Origin: Mobula hypostoma
Taxonomy: Eukaryota
DNA: 64,000 nt
Reading direction: 5' to 3'
Assembly (NCBI RefSeq): GCF_963921235.1
Contig: NC_086097.1
Location: forward strand, 45,014,001-45,078,000
The position numbers were made by a program, and so were the translations under genes. Every line of letters begins with the position of its first letter. Position 1 is the stretch's first letter. The notes beneath the pieces are model-generated. The model was not told the DNA's origin, made no database searches, and saw nothing but the letters and a program-made list of their open reading frames with translations. This document shows positions 20,930 through 34,933 of the stretch, piece by piece.

Positions 20930-23275
20930 CACAGTATGTGGACAGGCCGAATAGGGGGAATGCCATACTAGATCTAGTACTAGGTAATGAACCGGGTCAG
21001 GTCACAGATCTCTCAGTGGGTGAGCATCTGGGGGACAGTGACCACTGCTCCCTGGTCTTTAGCATTATCATGGAAAAGGATAGAATCAGAGAGGACAGGA
21101 AAATTTTTAATTGGGGAAGGGCAAATTATGAGGCTTTAAGGCTAGAACTTGCGGGTGTGAATTGGGATGATGTTTTTGCAGGGAAATGTACTATGGACAT
21201 GTGGTCGATGTTTAGAGATCTCTTGCAAGGTGTTAGGGATATATTTGTCCCAGTGAGGAAGATAAAGAATGGAAGGGTGAAAGAACCATGGGTGACAGGT
21301 GAGGTGGAAAATCTAGTCAGGTGGAAGAAGGCAGCATACATGAGGTTTAGGAAACAGGGATCAGATGGGTCTATTGAGGAATATAGGGAAGCAAGATAGA
21401 AGCTTAAGAAGGGGCTGAGAAGAGCAAGAAGGGGGCATGAGAAGGCCTTGGCGAGTAGGGTAAAGGAAAACCCCAAGGCATTCTTCAATTATGTGAAGAA
21501 AAGAAGGATGACAGGAGTGAAGGTAGGACCGATTAGAGATAAAGGTGGGAAGATGTGCCTGGAGGCTGTGGAAGTGAGAGGGTCCTCAATGAATACTTCT
21601 CTTTGGTATTCACCAATGAGAGGGAACTTGACGATGGTGACGACAATATGAGTGAGGTTGATGTTCTGGAGCATGTTGATATTAAGCGGGAGGAGGTGTT
21701 GGAGTTGTTAAAATACATTAGGACAGATAAGTCCCCGGGGCCTGACGGAATATTCCCCAGGCTGCTCCACGAGGCGAGGGAAGAGATTGCTGAGCCTCTG
21801 GCTAGGATCTTTATGTCCTCGTTGTCCACAGGAATGGTACCAGAGGATTGGAGGGAGGCGAATGTTGTCCCCTTGTTCAAAAAAGTTAGTAGGGATAGTC
21901 CGGGTAATTATAGACCAGTGAGCCCTATGTCTGTGGTGGGAAAGCTGCTGGAAAAGATTCTTAGAGATAGGATCTCTGGGCATTTAGAGAATCATGGTCT
22001 GATCAGGGACAGTCAGCATGGCTTTGTGAAGGGCAGATTATGTCTAACAAGCCTGAGTTCTTTAAGGAGGTGACCAGGCATATAGATGAGGGTAGTGCAG
22101 TGGATGTGATCTATATGGATTTTAGTAAGGCATTTGACAAGGTTCCACATGGTAGGCTTATTCAGAAAGTCAGAAGGCATGGTATCCAGGGAAGTTTGGC
22201 CAGGTAAATTCAGAATTGACTTGCCTGCAGAAGGCAGAGGGTCGTGGTGGAGGGGGTACATTCAGGTTGGAGGATTGTGACTAGTGGTGTCCCACAAGGA
22301 TCTGTTCTGGGACCTGTACTTTTCATGATTTTTATTACCGACCTGGATGTGGGGGTAGAAGAGTGGGTTGGCAAGTTTGCAGACGACACAAAGGTTGGTG
22401 GTGTTGTAGATAGTGTAGAGGATTGTCAAAGATTGCAGAGAGACATTGACAGGATGCAGAAGTGTGCTGAGAAGTGGCAGATGGAGTTCAACCCAGAGAA
22501 GTGTGAGGTGGTACACTTTGGAAGGACAAACTCCAAGACAGAGTACAAAGTAAATGGCAGGATACTTGGTAGTGTGGAGGAGCAGAGGGATCTCGGGGTA
22601 AATGTCCACAGATCCCTGAAAGTTGCCTCACGGGTGGATAGGGTAGTTAAGAAAGCTTATGGGGTGTTAGCTTTCATAAGTCGAGGGATAAAGTTTAAGA
22701 GTCGCGATGTAATGATGCAGCTCTATAAAACTCTGGTTAGGCCACACTTGGAGTACTATGTCCAGTTCTGGTCGCCTTACTATAGGAAGGATGTGGAAGC
22801 ATTGGAAAGGGTACAGAGGAGATTTACCAGGATGCTGCCTGGTTTAGAGAGTATGCATTATTTTCAGAGATTAAGGGAGCTAGGACTTTACTCTTTGGAG
22901 AGAAGGAGGATGAGAGGAGACATGATAGCAGTGTACAAGATAATAAGAGGAATAGATAGAGCGGATAGCCAGCACCTCTTCCCCAAGGCACCACTGCTCA
23001 ATACAAGAGGACATGGCTTTAAGGTAAGGGGTAGGAAGTTCAAGGGGGATATTAGGGGAAGGTTTTTTACTCAGAGAGTGGTTGGTGCATGGAATGTACT
23101 GCCTGAGTCAGTGGTGGAAGCAGATACACTAGTGAAGTTTAAGAGACTACTAGACAGGTATATGGAGGAACTTAAGGTGGGGGCTTATATGGGAGGCAGG
23201 GTTTGAAGGTCGGCACAACATTGTGGGCCGAAGGGCCTGTACTGTGCTGTACTATTCTATCTTCTGTGTTCTATT
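20930..23275 (+). mobile_element. CR1 LINE, 5'-truncated, relatively young
   Basis: ORFs 20815-21399 (LDLVL..SDH), 21555-22073 (KSPGPDG..NYRPVS) and 22244-23206 (GVPQGSVLGP..FADD). Ends in gggccgaagggcctgt..(ttctat)n. Confidence 0.93.
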
Positions 23276-23364
23276 AAATGCTGAAGAAATGAGATCACTC
23301 CCTCACCAGTTCCAGCTATGACCAAATTCCTCACCTTGGTTCTAATAATGCAAGAACATCAGAA

Positions 23365-26090
23365 ATAGAAGCAGAAGGATGCGATTTATCTGCTTGTGTA
23401 TGCTCATTACTCAATAAGACAACAATTGAGCTTTAACCTCAGCACCACTTTCTCATATTAACCCTATAAAAATCCTTGTTTCCCTTGATATCTGAATACC
23501 TATTGATCTCTGTCCCGGATATATTCAGCACCTGAGTAAAGAATTCCAAAGATTCCGTATCTTCACAGTGAAGATATTTCTTTTCAGTTCAGCATTGAAT
23601 GGGCAGACACTTACTTTGAGACTGTAACTCTGGCCCTTGACTCCACAGGCAGTTGAAACATCAACTCCATCTCTGCCCTATCAAATGCTATGTAAATTCT
23701 GTATCCATCATTGATATCTACTCACATTCTTCAGGACTCGAGACAAAGTAGGGCTAATCTGCTTAATCTTTCATTATATAACAATTCTAAAAGCCTTGAA
23801 ATCAATGTGGTGAATATTTGCTGCACTTTCAATATCAAAGGTATATTCTTCCTTGGGTAGAAGATCAGACCTGCATGTAATATTCAGGATGTGGTCTCAT
23901 TAGAGTTCTATAAAATTGTAGCAAGCATCCCTACTCATACTCAAAATCCTCTTACATACCATCCATCTTCTTGATTGCTTGCTGAAGCTACATACTAATG
24001 TTCAGTGAGGTTTTACAAGGATCAGGTCTGTATAAGAAAACCAGGTATGACATGCAGAGGGCTATTTCAAGAGCCAAGAAACAATTCCCAGAGTGGTTGG
24101 AGGCAATATCGAATGCATGTCAACTTTGGCAGGGTTTGCAGGCCATTACTTCCAACCAAGCAAAACCCAACATCTTGAATGGCAGCGATGCTTCAGTACC
24201 AGACACGCTCAATGCCTTTTATGCTTCCTTTGAAAAGGAAAATAAAACCACAGCTATGAGGATCCTTGCAGCATCCGGTGACCTTGTAATTTCTGTCTCG
24301 GAGGACAACGTCAAGTTGCCTTTCAAGAGGGTAAGCCCTCACAAGGCAGCAGAACCTGGTGGAGTACCTGGCAAGGCTCTGGAAACTGGTGTCAACCAAC
24401 TGGTAGGGGTATTCAAAGACATCTTCAATCTCTCATTGCTACTGTCAGTAGTTCTCAGCAACAATTATACCAGTGCCCAGGAAGAGCAGCGTAGCACTCA
24501 TATCTACAGTGATGAGATGCTTTGAGAGGTTGGTCATGGCTAGAACCAACACCTGTCTTGGGAAGGAACTGGACCCACTGCAATTTGTCTATCGCCACAA
24601 TAGGTCTACAGCAGACACGATCTCAATGGCTCACCACACGGCCTTGGGTCACCTGGACAATATAAATACCTATTTCAGAATGCTGTTTACTGACTATAAC
24701 TCAGCACCTATCACCATCATTCCTACAGTCCTGATCAGAAAGCTACAAAACCTAGGCCTCTATACCTCCCTCTGCAACTGGATGCTCGACCTCCTAACTG
24801 TAATCTGTGTGGATTAGAAATAACATTTCTATCTTGCTGACAATCAACACTGGCACACCACGGGGATGTGTGCTTAGCCCACTGCTTGACACACTCTCTA
24901 CACCCATGACAGTGTAGCTAGGCAAAGCTCAAATGTCATCTATAAATTATGACAATACAACCATTGTTGACAGGATCTCAGGTGGTGAAGAGAGGGCGTA
25001 CAGGAGTGAGACATACCAGTTAGTTGAGTGGTGCTGCAGCAACAACCATGCACTCAACGTCAGTAAGACCAAAGAGCTGATTGTGGACTTCAGGAAGGGT
25101 AAGACGAGGGAATGCAAACCAATCCTTATAGAGGGTTCAGAAGTAGAGAGAGTGAGCAATCTCAAGGTGTCAATATCTCTGAGGACCTAAGCTAGACACA
25201 ACATATTGATGCAGATACAAAGAAAGCAAGACAACAGCTATATTTCATCAGGAGTTTGAGGAGATTTGGTTTGTCAACTAAACACTCAAAAACTTCTACA
25301 AATGTACCACAGAGGGAATTCTGACTGGCTGCATCAGCATCAGGTATGGAGCCGGGGGAGCCGGGGGTGGGGGCGAGGGGGGCGAGGGGCTACTGCACAA
25401 GATCCAAGTAAGTTGTAGAAACTTGTAAAATTAGTCAGCGCCATCTTGGGTACTAGCTTCCATAGTAACCAAGACCTCTTCAAGGACGATGCCTTAGGAA
25501 GGTGGCATTCATCATTAAGGATCCCCACCACCCAGGACATGCCCTCTTCTCATTGATACCGTTAGGAAGGAGGTACAGAAGCCTGAAGACATACTGTAAC
25601 TCAGGTCTTTTTCTCTACACTGTATTCATTTATCATGTATTTTATTGTGTTGCTGACATAAAATTAACAAATTTCACGACATATGCCGGTGATATTAAAC
25701 CTGATTCTGATACTAAGATGTGCCTTTGAATACCACCAACCTTCAATTTCACTACATAAAAATTTCACCAGTTCTATTTTCTTAATAGTAAAAGGCCACA
25801 CATACTTCTACATTAGATCCATTCGCTACTTCCTTACCTATGCTCTTTGCCAGTCAATCTCCCCCTGGCTTCTGGACCCTCCTCATAATAGATACTATGG
25901 TCAGCGGTGGTGTGGGTTATCAGAAAATACTGATATTTACATGATTTCCTCATCCAAAATATTGATACAAATTGTAAACAGTTCAGGCCCTTGGACTAGT
26001 GCCGCTATTACCCCATTGCTCACAGCATCCATGTGTTCTCTTTATCTCCATTCTCCACATTGGCATGTTATCTCCAATCTGCAATGGTGA
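23365..26090 (-). mobile_element. Old CR1 fragment (23365-24000 and ~25720-26090) interrupted by a Rex1 copy
   Basis: Degraded reverse-complement similarity to the CR1 RT and 3' sequence of 10418-11430. Confidence 0.6.
24010..25720 (+). mobile_element. Rex1/Babar-like LINE, degraded
   Basis: ORFs with LWQGL..LNAFYA.FE, LDPLQF.YR.NRST.D, LNVSKTKELIVDFRK and IIKDPHHPGH, plus an (attctg)n tail. Confidence 0.85.
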
Positions 26091-28165
26091 ACGTTGTTAC
26101 ACTATATACACTTCGTTCAAGCAGGGTAATAGTTGTAATCCTAGGAATTACAGACCAGTGATTCTTATGTCAGTCATGGGTAAACTAATAGAAAGAATTC
26201 TTAGGACAGGACCTATGAGTATTTGGAGAAGTATATTCTTATTAGGTATAGACAACATGAGTTTGTGAGAGGCAGGTTGCATTCTCATGAGCCTGAGTGA
26301 CTTTTTCAAGGAGACTTTTTCCACACAGAGAGTGGTGGGAGTATGGAATGAGCTGCCAGACGAGGTGGTAAATGCGGGTTCTTTTTTAACATTTAAGAAT
26401 AAATTGGACAGATACATGGATGGGAGGTGTATGGAGGGATATGGTCCGTGTGCAGGTCAGTGGGACTAGGCAGAAAATGGTTCGGCACAGCCAAGAAGGG
26501 CCAAAAGGCCTGTTTCTGTGCTGTAGTTTCTATGGTTTCTATGGAGGTGACAAAAGAAATTGCTGAAGATAAGAGCTGTGGATATGGTGCATATAGATTT
26601 TAGTAAAGTGCTTGACAAGGTTTCCCATGGAAGGCTTATCCAAAAAGTCATGAGGTGTGGAATCTATGGCAACTTGGCTGCATGGATTCAGAACTGGCTA
26701 GTCTGCCCAAGGCAGAGGGGTTTATTTGAAGGACCATATTGAAAAGGTTCAAAGGTTCATTTTATTGTCCAAGTACTCATGTACAGTGCAACTCTGATAT
26801 TCGTCTTCTCCAGATATCCATGAAATATAGCAACAAGACATCAATCCCCTCCCAGCACAAAAAGGAAAAAGAAACAAAACTCTCAAACCCCAAATTCTTC
26901 CTCCACCCTCTCCATCACACAAAAGCTAATAGATTGCCTACACAAAAACGGCAGCTGAAACATCGAACCCCAAATCCCCAATCCCCTCCCTCACAAAAAA
27001 AGCAGTGACAATAACATCAAACCCCCAACTCCCTCTCTCATATACAAAAACTAACAGGTTGCCCGCACAGAAAAACACCAACAAGAACATTGGACCCCAA
27101 ATCCCCAACCCCTCTGCCTGGAGGTCAGTGACCAGTGGTACTTTGTACGGATCTGCACTGGGACCCTTTCTTTTTGTGATATTTATAAATAATCTGGATG
27201 AAGAAGTGGAAGGGTGGGTTAGTAGGTTTGCAAATTACATGAAGATTGATGGTGCTGTGGAGAGTATAGAAGTTTGTCATAGGTTACAATGGGACATTGA
27301 CAGGATGCAGAGTTGAGCTGAGAAGTGGCAGATGCAGTATAATCTGGAAAAGTATGAAGTGATTCACTGTGGAAGGTTGAATTTCAAGGCAAAATACATG
27401 GTTAATGGCAGAATTCTTAGCAGTGTGGAGGAACAGACAAATCTTGGGGTCCAAGTCCATAGATCCGACAAAGTTATCATGCAAGTTGATAGGGTGGGTA
27501 AGAAGACAGACTGTATAGTGTGATGTCCTTCAATAATCAGGGGAATGAGCTCAAGTGCCATGAGGTAATATTACAGCTCTATAAAACTCTGGTTAGACCA
27601 CAATTTGAATATTGTGCTCAGTTCTGGTCACTTCATTATAGGAAAGAGGCAGAAGCATTAGAGAGGGTGCAGAGGTGATTTACCAAGATGCTACCTGGAT
27701 TTGAGAATATCTTTTATGAGGAAAGGTTGAGCCAGTTAGGGCTTTTCTCTTTGGATCAAAGCAGGATGAGAGGTGATTTTGAACAAGGTATATAAGATTA
27801 TAAGAGGCATTGATAGATTGGACACATAGCATCTTTTTGCAAGAGAGGCAATGGGTAATACCACAGAACATCCTTTTAAGGTGAGTGGACCAATGTTTAG
27901 AGGAGATGTTAGAGGTAGTTTCTTTTTTTTTACCCACAGAGAGTAGCAAGTGCCAGGAATGTGCTACCAGTGGTGGTATAAGAGGTTGATACATTAGGAA
28001 CATTGAAGAGACTCTTAGATAAGCACATGGATGAAACAAAATGGAGGGTTATGGGCTGTGTTCAGAAGGAAGGTTTAAATTGATCAAGGAGTAGGTTAAA
28101 AGGCCAGCATGTCATTGTGGGCCAAAGGGCCTGTACTGCACTGTACTGTTCTATGTTCAATATTC
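26090..28165 (+). mobile_element. CR1 RT and 3' end, degraded, with nested inserts at ~26310-26545 (younger CR1 3' end) and ~26745-27113
   Basis: NYRPV, DFSKVLDKV, GSALGP and related RT motifs in successive short ORFs. 3' tail at ~28120-28165. Confidence 0.8.
26745..27113 (-). mobile_element. Short retroposed insert with a LINE-like 3' tail and an internal degenerate duplication
   Basis: Starts (aaaggttc)2 ttttattg, which is minus-strand CAATAAAA plus a repeat tail. aaaagctaatagattgcc..ccccaaatccccaa is repeated about 134 bp later. The CR1 frame resumes after it. Confidence 0.55.
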
Positions 28166-28303
28166 TATACCATGCAATACAATTTTGTTTGATAAACGTG
28201 TGGTGGCACCTTAGTGAAAGTCTTCTAAATGTCTGAAATTGGCACATCAACAAATTTATCAAACACAATTTCATAATTCCATGTTAACTGCCTTAGCCTA
28301 TTA

Positions 28304-29105
28304 CACCAAACAATTTTTTTTTAAAGTGTTGCTTCCTCAGAATTATTTTTTGTTTATGATAGACCACTTGAAGCTGAACACAAATATAATTTCAGAGTAT
28401 TTGTATCATGTAGGAACTTGGAGAAACAAGAAATTAACTTTCATCGAATATAACGCATTAAATTGCATAACAGTGCTGACACTTTGCAATAGTTCAACTA
28501 AGCTAAAATGTTTTGTTGATGATTTTCATTTGTACTCAGCTTCTGAGGCTTCTCATTTAGGTGTCCAACAATAATCAGTCTGCATTGACGAATTCCAGTT
28601 GCCCTGATACGGTTTCTCCATGACCACAACGTGTTGGTGAAACCTTTCACCGAGCTTGTTACTGACAGTGTCAAGATTTGCAGGGAAGAAGTTGAAATGG
28701 GAATGCAGAAAATGAATCTTTAGTGACCTGTTGCACATTATAGGATTGAATGCCTGAAGCATGTTGTCAGCCAGCCGCTCATAGTTTGATGCTCGGTAGT
28801 TGCCAAGAAATTTTTCAACAACATCCCTGAAGGCCTACCATGTGATTTTTTCCAGTCCCACGAGAGATTGTTCAAATTGCCTGTCTGTGATGACTTGTTT
28901 GATTTGTAGACTGACAAAAACTGCCTTCCTTAATCTTGACATCAGTTATTCTGACTTGAATTATGAATTGGAATAACAAATATAGGTGATTTTTTAAAAA
29001 TGGTGCATGATAGAAGAACTTCATGGTGATTTTCATGATCAGCAGCCGAGACTCCACAAGATACATACAAAAGTATTCAAGAAGTAAAATCTTTGTTGTC
29101 CAGTG
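28304..29105 (-). mobile_element. Internally deleted Chapaev3-like (CMC) DNA transposon
   Basis: Transposase C-terminus SLKIHFLHSH..FFP.NL..VS..GERFHQ..MEK.YQG.W...M..DYCW (28553-28762). Right terminus reads CACTGGACAAC on the minus strand; the left terminus is degenerate (CACCAAACAAT). Flanks are TTA/TCA. The family name is from recall. Confidence 0.65.
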
Positions 29106-29909
29106 TCATCATTTTCCAAGTGCTCCATTACCACTTAATAGATTGCCACATTTTCCCTATTACTGATCTCAGGCTATAGCTATCTATTTTCTTCTGTTCC
29201 TCCTTTGTTAAAAAGTGGAGTTACATTTGTTACTTGCCGGAGCTATTCAAGAATTCATAAAATTTTGGAAGATAACATCCAGTGCATTCACCATGTTCCA
29301 TTGTAGTCATTGTATTATATTGAGCTATGTTGTAATGATATAAATACAGCACCCAACTGTAAGTTATCAAATAGCTTAGAGCAACAATAAAATGACAAGT
29401 AAAGTGTTTGCTAGGTTTTTCTTTGGTTAAAGAAAATAATGCATTGCTGAGGTGAACATAGGCATTTCCATTTAAAGCCATGTTCTACAAACTTTTACAG
29501 CCTTTTGATATTCTGACGTTGTTCCTTTTATGGTGTTGAATCAGATAAACATATCACTACTTTTCCATTTGTCAAAGCCTGCTCCATTTTTGGAATGTTT
29601 TGTTCATCAGTTCATGGTTGGTTAACGGAGTTTGATTGTTCTACGGTTGAAAAGGCAAGGTGCTTCATATGAATACAGTTTGTTTGAGTGCATGTGTCCA
29701 AAAGGTCTTTTTATTTTGCTGTCATTTTGAGAATGTTCCTCTCCTTTACATACATGGACTATTTGCATATCTAACAAGGTGAAAAACCTCTGGTTGGACC
29801 TACTGGATTCTGAAAGCCTATCTTAATGACACACATTAATTTTAATTTTGCATTATACATACCTTCAACTATCTAAGTTCTATATAGTTCAGTGATAAAT
29901 TTTAAGTCC

Positions 29910-30330
29910 TATTAGGTTAAGACCTTATTCCTTGGAAAGTAGAAGATTGAGGGGAGATTTGATAAAGGTATATAAAATTATGAGGGGTATAGATAGGGCA
30001 AATGCAGGCAGGCTTTTTCCACTGAACATGGGTGAGATTAGAACTAGAGGTCATGGGTTAAGGGTGAAAGGTGAAAAGTTTAAGGGGAACATTAGGGAAA
30101 ACTTCTTCACTCAAGAGTGTGGAACAAGCCGCCAGTGCAAGTGGTGGGCTGGATGCAATTTCGATTTCAATGCTTAAGGCAAGTTTGGATAGGTACATGG
30201 ATGGTCGGGATATGGAGGGTGATGGTGCCCATGCAGGTCGATGGGAATAGGCTGTTTAAATGGTTAGGCATGGACTAAATGTGCCAAAAGGCCTGTGTCT
30301 GTGGTGTACTTTTCCATGACTATGAGTCTA
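29910..30330 (+). mobile_element. CR1 3' fragment
   Basis: ORF 29932-30177 contains RRLRGDLI.VYKIM..TRGH..FFTQ, followed by a 3' stem-loop tail. Confidence 0.85.
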
Positions 30331-32789
30331 ACTACGTGGATCATAAATACAGCTAAAAGATACCTTAAAATAAATAACAATATTCTGTCAAAGACAAAAA
30401 AAATCGCAACTGGATGAGTTTGCAATATCTAAATGCCAAGGTGTTGACACAATGACTCAGGTATCAACATGTGTAAAACTTTCACAGTAATCAATTTTGT
30501 ATGAAAAAAATTACTACTAAGTTACACAAGTTCAAGAACATCAATTCATAATCCAGACATCAGCTCCAATTCACCAGCTTATTAATTGGATCTTACATTT
30601 AAAACCACTGCATCCATGTAAAAATATCCTTTAAAGAAGAATTAAATTCTATTTATTTTTAGTGCCTTGGTGTGGGTGTATATAACATGTCATTGTATTG
30701 AAAGTACTGTCTTTTGGTGGCATAATGAAGTGCTTCATGCTGCCACATAATTACAAGCAAGATATGCTAAAATGTGCATCTAGCGTTTTGCTGCATCAGA
30801 ATCTTGTCAGCGCATGAGAGTAGAAATTATCCCAAGGTACACATAAAATTTCAGCGCCCACTTCCATTCACTGAGGATCACAATGTGATTTCAAACAAGC
30901 ACCAATATGCTCTGAACACCGTACCATTCTGCAAAGTAGGCATATTTTTTACTTTAAATGTGAAAATATTGCCTGCTTTGAGGCACTGTATTTTACTTCA
31001 TCACAGTCATACTGAATAAATCCTCATCAAATTAATGAAATGTTTCTAGTGACTCTTCACTGAGATCACATGAACTCTTTAGCAATTTAATACGATGGAA
31101 TAAATCACCAAGGAATGTATACAATGAGGAAATTGTGTTAAAACATTTTTCTTTAAACAATGAAACAAAATTTTCTTACTGGTATAACATGGTAGATTTA
31201 ACATCAATTTAGCGGCTGATGCATACCCTGCTCTCTCAGCAATACAGAACTCCCATAGTAAATGTCAAAGAAGAACTGTGGAATTATCTGTAGCATAATT
31301 CTACATTTCTTGTTTAAAATTATACCAGTAGGGAATTTTGTCATTAGGATTTTCCTGTTTATTGGGTATTTGTTATATGTAAATTGGTGGTCACATTCAC
31401 AATATTAACAATTCCAGCAGTTCAAAAATACTTTACTGATGAAAAATGTGTTGGGACAGGATGAAGTTCTGAAAGTACTACAGCTTTCACACATTTCACT
31501 CTTTCTTTTAGGACATTAAAACTTAATTTGGTCCGTTTAATCCAAATAAATGATAATCTGCACAATTCCAAAACTCACTGGATCAAAATGATCAAATCCA
31601 GCAAAAATGCTACAGTGAGGGAGTTTTGCAATGCTAACCAACATGTTTGATCATTCTAAAGCTTAACCTCTAATGTATTTACTTTTGCAAGTTACAAATA
31701 ACTTCTTAAGCATTTATAAAAGTCAATCTAATAATTTTCATATTATTGTTCCAACCTTAGGTGCTTTGTAGTCTGGCTTTTAACTATGAAACAATCTCTC
31801 ATCATCATACCTAAAAATGTGTTCTCAACTACAATTTTGCAACATAATCCAACTTTAGACTTGAGACTTCTGTGTTAACAGACAATACATAGATTTTGGG
31901 CCTGAATCTTAATCATTGGTTCTGGTTAAGTCCACAGAGGCAATGAAATATATAAATAACTTGCTAAAATCATATTTTGCTTTCTTAATACATGAAATAT
32001 TACTGGCAATAAAAGATAAAACCGATACAATTCTGTAAACTATTAAACAGTGTAGGTGATACTTGTTCTTCTATTGCCCTGTGTTTAAAACATATTAAAT
32101 TAACAGTTACAGTAAGTTCACTCTATAAAGACTAGCTCTTTCAGATTACTGAAACTTGACCTGGAAATGCCATTTTGGAGATTTAGCATATGCAATTTAT
32201 CATTGGGGATTTATTGCTTTCAATTTCTGTTTTTTTAAACTAACAATGGAAAGTGAATACTGAGAAGCAGGTACCAAGAATAAAAGAGTCTTTTAAATTT
32301 TTCAAGGAAGCAGTGAAAAGACAGTTGTCCAGTTTGGGAGAGCAACTACATGTGCCTCTTTCTAATTAATGCACGGGTGTATTTTTAAGCCATTCAAAAC
32401 TATCACAAGACATTCATTGAGCATTTGTCCTTTAAAGAGCTTAGGTAATGCCCCAATGTTGGCATGGCAGGAGATGGATTCATAATTCCCCCATAGTAAA
32501 TTCCATGAAACTTCAACACTTGCATGCACTTCCTAATTAGGAGTTACAGAGCAGCACTGGCATAGGCCTGCAAACAAAATATCAGTTTGCCATTTTAGGG
32601 CATGGCAGAGAAAGTTAACTAAATTATACAAGTTAAAAGTGGTAATGCAAAATTGCATGGTTGTATGAGTACAAATATATGAGTTTTTCATGTATTTGAA
32701 CAAATAAAAGCAAGCATTTAAAATAAAGTAATACACAAAGAACAAATTATGATTCAAAACAAGCTTAATTTAAAATTACATTCTGTGTA

Positions 32790-33100
32790 TTCCCAGCGTA
32801 TCAGATAGTGGGTGAACACATTGACCCCATACCTACTTGAATCATGCAGAACAGGAAGGTATTGCATTCAGTCTCCCGCTTGTGTTAAATTAGCTGAATT
32901 CAGCTAGGGCAACAGTGAATACAAAAATAAAACAAAATCATCAGCTAAGATTTCTCCTACTAACAACTACCCACTATCCAGTGATGCTCACTGGAACAGG
33001 TCCATGTGCACTATGTCAGGTGAGGACACTTTTAGCTATAGCAGTGATGTCATCACTATTAAACAGTCTGCTGATATGTGAAGTCTAGCCTGCTGTAAGG
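32790..33100 (+). mobile_element. Highly diverged ancient SINE, AmnSINE2-like
   Basis: Collinear blocks cagaacaggaaggt..tgtgttaaattagctgaattcagctagggca..atcagctaagatt..ctatccagtga..ctggaa..ggtgaggac match my recollection of the AmnSINE2-type consensus. Not database-verified. Confidence 0.5.
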
Positions 33101-34751
33101 ATAGCAATTGGATGCAATACAAGAACCAGCCATAATCTCTGAAACTAAACCCAATATACCATATTTGAGCCAAGAAACAGTGAGGCTAAAAGCTCTCTTC
33201 CTCTCCACTTGTACTACATATGGCTTGACTATTACATTTCACATTCTGTCTTTACGCTGCCCACTAGTTTCTTCACTTCCAAATTCCAGTATCTCCACTG
33301 CTGTTAATTTCCCTCTACCACATTTGAATTACATTACCCAATTTGCTCTACATCTATTTATCCAGTTTTATTGTAACTTTTACCATTCACCATCTTAGCC
33401 CAGCTGTTTCTCTCCAAATCTCCATGAATTCTCTTTTGCCTCTGATCCCCAGAAATTTAGATATTCTGAAAAAAGAGTCTTCCTATCACCTCTGAAGTAC
33501 CTGAAAACCTCTCCTTAGCCATAGACTTTTGGAGACTACGAATAAGGTTTAAATTCCATGATTATCAGCTCAAAACCTGTGTCAGATATGACCACCTGAC
33601 CAACAGTCATCATAGAAAATTGACTTTATTATGGGTTAATGTTTTTTTTTAAAAGTCTTGCATTATTATAAAAATGTTTTTATATCATTGCTAAATGTCA
33701 GCAAATGGGTATTTTATGCCTTTGACATTACCCAGAGTAAGAATGAGAGTATATTTGAAATGTAAATGGCCTTTCATAATTTTGATGCCGTAAATGCAAC
33801 ACATCCATGTGTACTGTTCAAAACTACTTTAACAACATAGCGCTTTAGTTTCCTAGTCTTTTTTCTACTAAAACAAATTTCTAAATAATCTGACAAGGGA
33901 AATTCCTATAAAGTGCTTTTCTATAAGGTACACAAGTTTTACAGCAACACAGTTAACAAGTTCAACTATTTCCTACCTTTCCACAGTTAAACTAATCCTT
34001 GATATTAACAAGTTTAATTAAACAGACTCTCCAGAAAGGAAAAAGAACACTTTTTTTTACTTTGTACATAAAGAGCATTTTTTAGTTTTCTCATTTTCTG
34101 AATATTCTTAATACAGGGCCGTTTACTAGCAGATGGTTCTTATGCCAGATTGGCTTTGCCAGTCTGCAACGGAAGATCCGTAGATCAATCCACTAACAAT
34201 AGGAACCTTGCTTCACTTGTTCGCTATGAACCAATTTCAATACAGTATTCCAACTCATTTCTTTAAAATATTAACTAAGACAGCAATGCCCTCAACTGTG
34301 TGCTACATCGGTGTTACCGCCTGGCTTCTCCTTTGCAAAACCAAAATTCTGTAGTGTCATTCCTTCCCGTAGCCAACCCATTGGTTAACCGCTTGCTGCA
34401 AACCGCATCCAGTTTACAACTTGATTAAAGTGAACAATTAAATAAACAATCCCTACAAGGGCATCCATTTGTTTCCCATGTCATTTCCAGTCACGTTAAA
34501 TGTAAAGATATGTTACTAGGTCACTGGCCGCATTACACGTAAAGGCTCTGTGTAGTTTGGAGAGAGCACGCTGCTGCAATAGCAATGACTCGGATGATCT
34601 GAAAACATCTGTAGAGTGTGTGGATGCCGAGCTGAGACAGCTGCATCTGCAGCACTGATCAACCGGGGCTACAAACGGCAGCGGCTACTGTGCAGAGCGG
34701 CAGCCGCCAGCCAGCAAGCAAACACTCGAGCGGAGGGGAGCACACAGACCA

Positions 34752-34752
<1 letters not shown>

Positions 34753-34785
<33 letters not shown>
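34753..34785. repeat. (CA)n microsatellite
   Basis: About 16 perfect CA units. Confidence 0.95.
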
Positions 34786-34787
<2 letters not shown>

Positions 34788-34928
34788 GACACCCACCATT
34801 TGAAAAGCCTCCTCTCGGCGGGAGCCCTCTTCAAACACTCACTGCCGTTCGTTATTTTTGTATTGGCATTGCAATAGGGATCATCCATACGGGATTTTGT
34901 GTGTGTGTGTGATGCCATTAAATCTTAC

Positions 34929-34933
34929 CTCAT
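34929..34933 (-). CDS. Putative 5-nt first coding segment (ATG AG|) at the end of exon 1 of an unidentified gene
   Basis: The minus strand reads ..cttctgGAAATGAG|GTAAGA: an ATG with G at -3 directly followed by a consensus donor (34928-34924), just downstream of the GC boxes. It could also be a non-coding exon. Confidence 0.5.
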
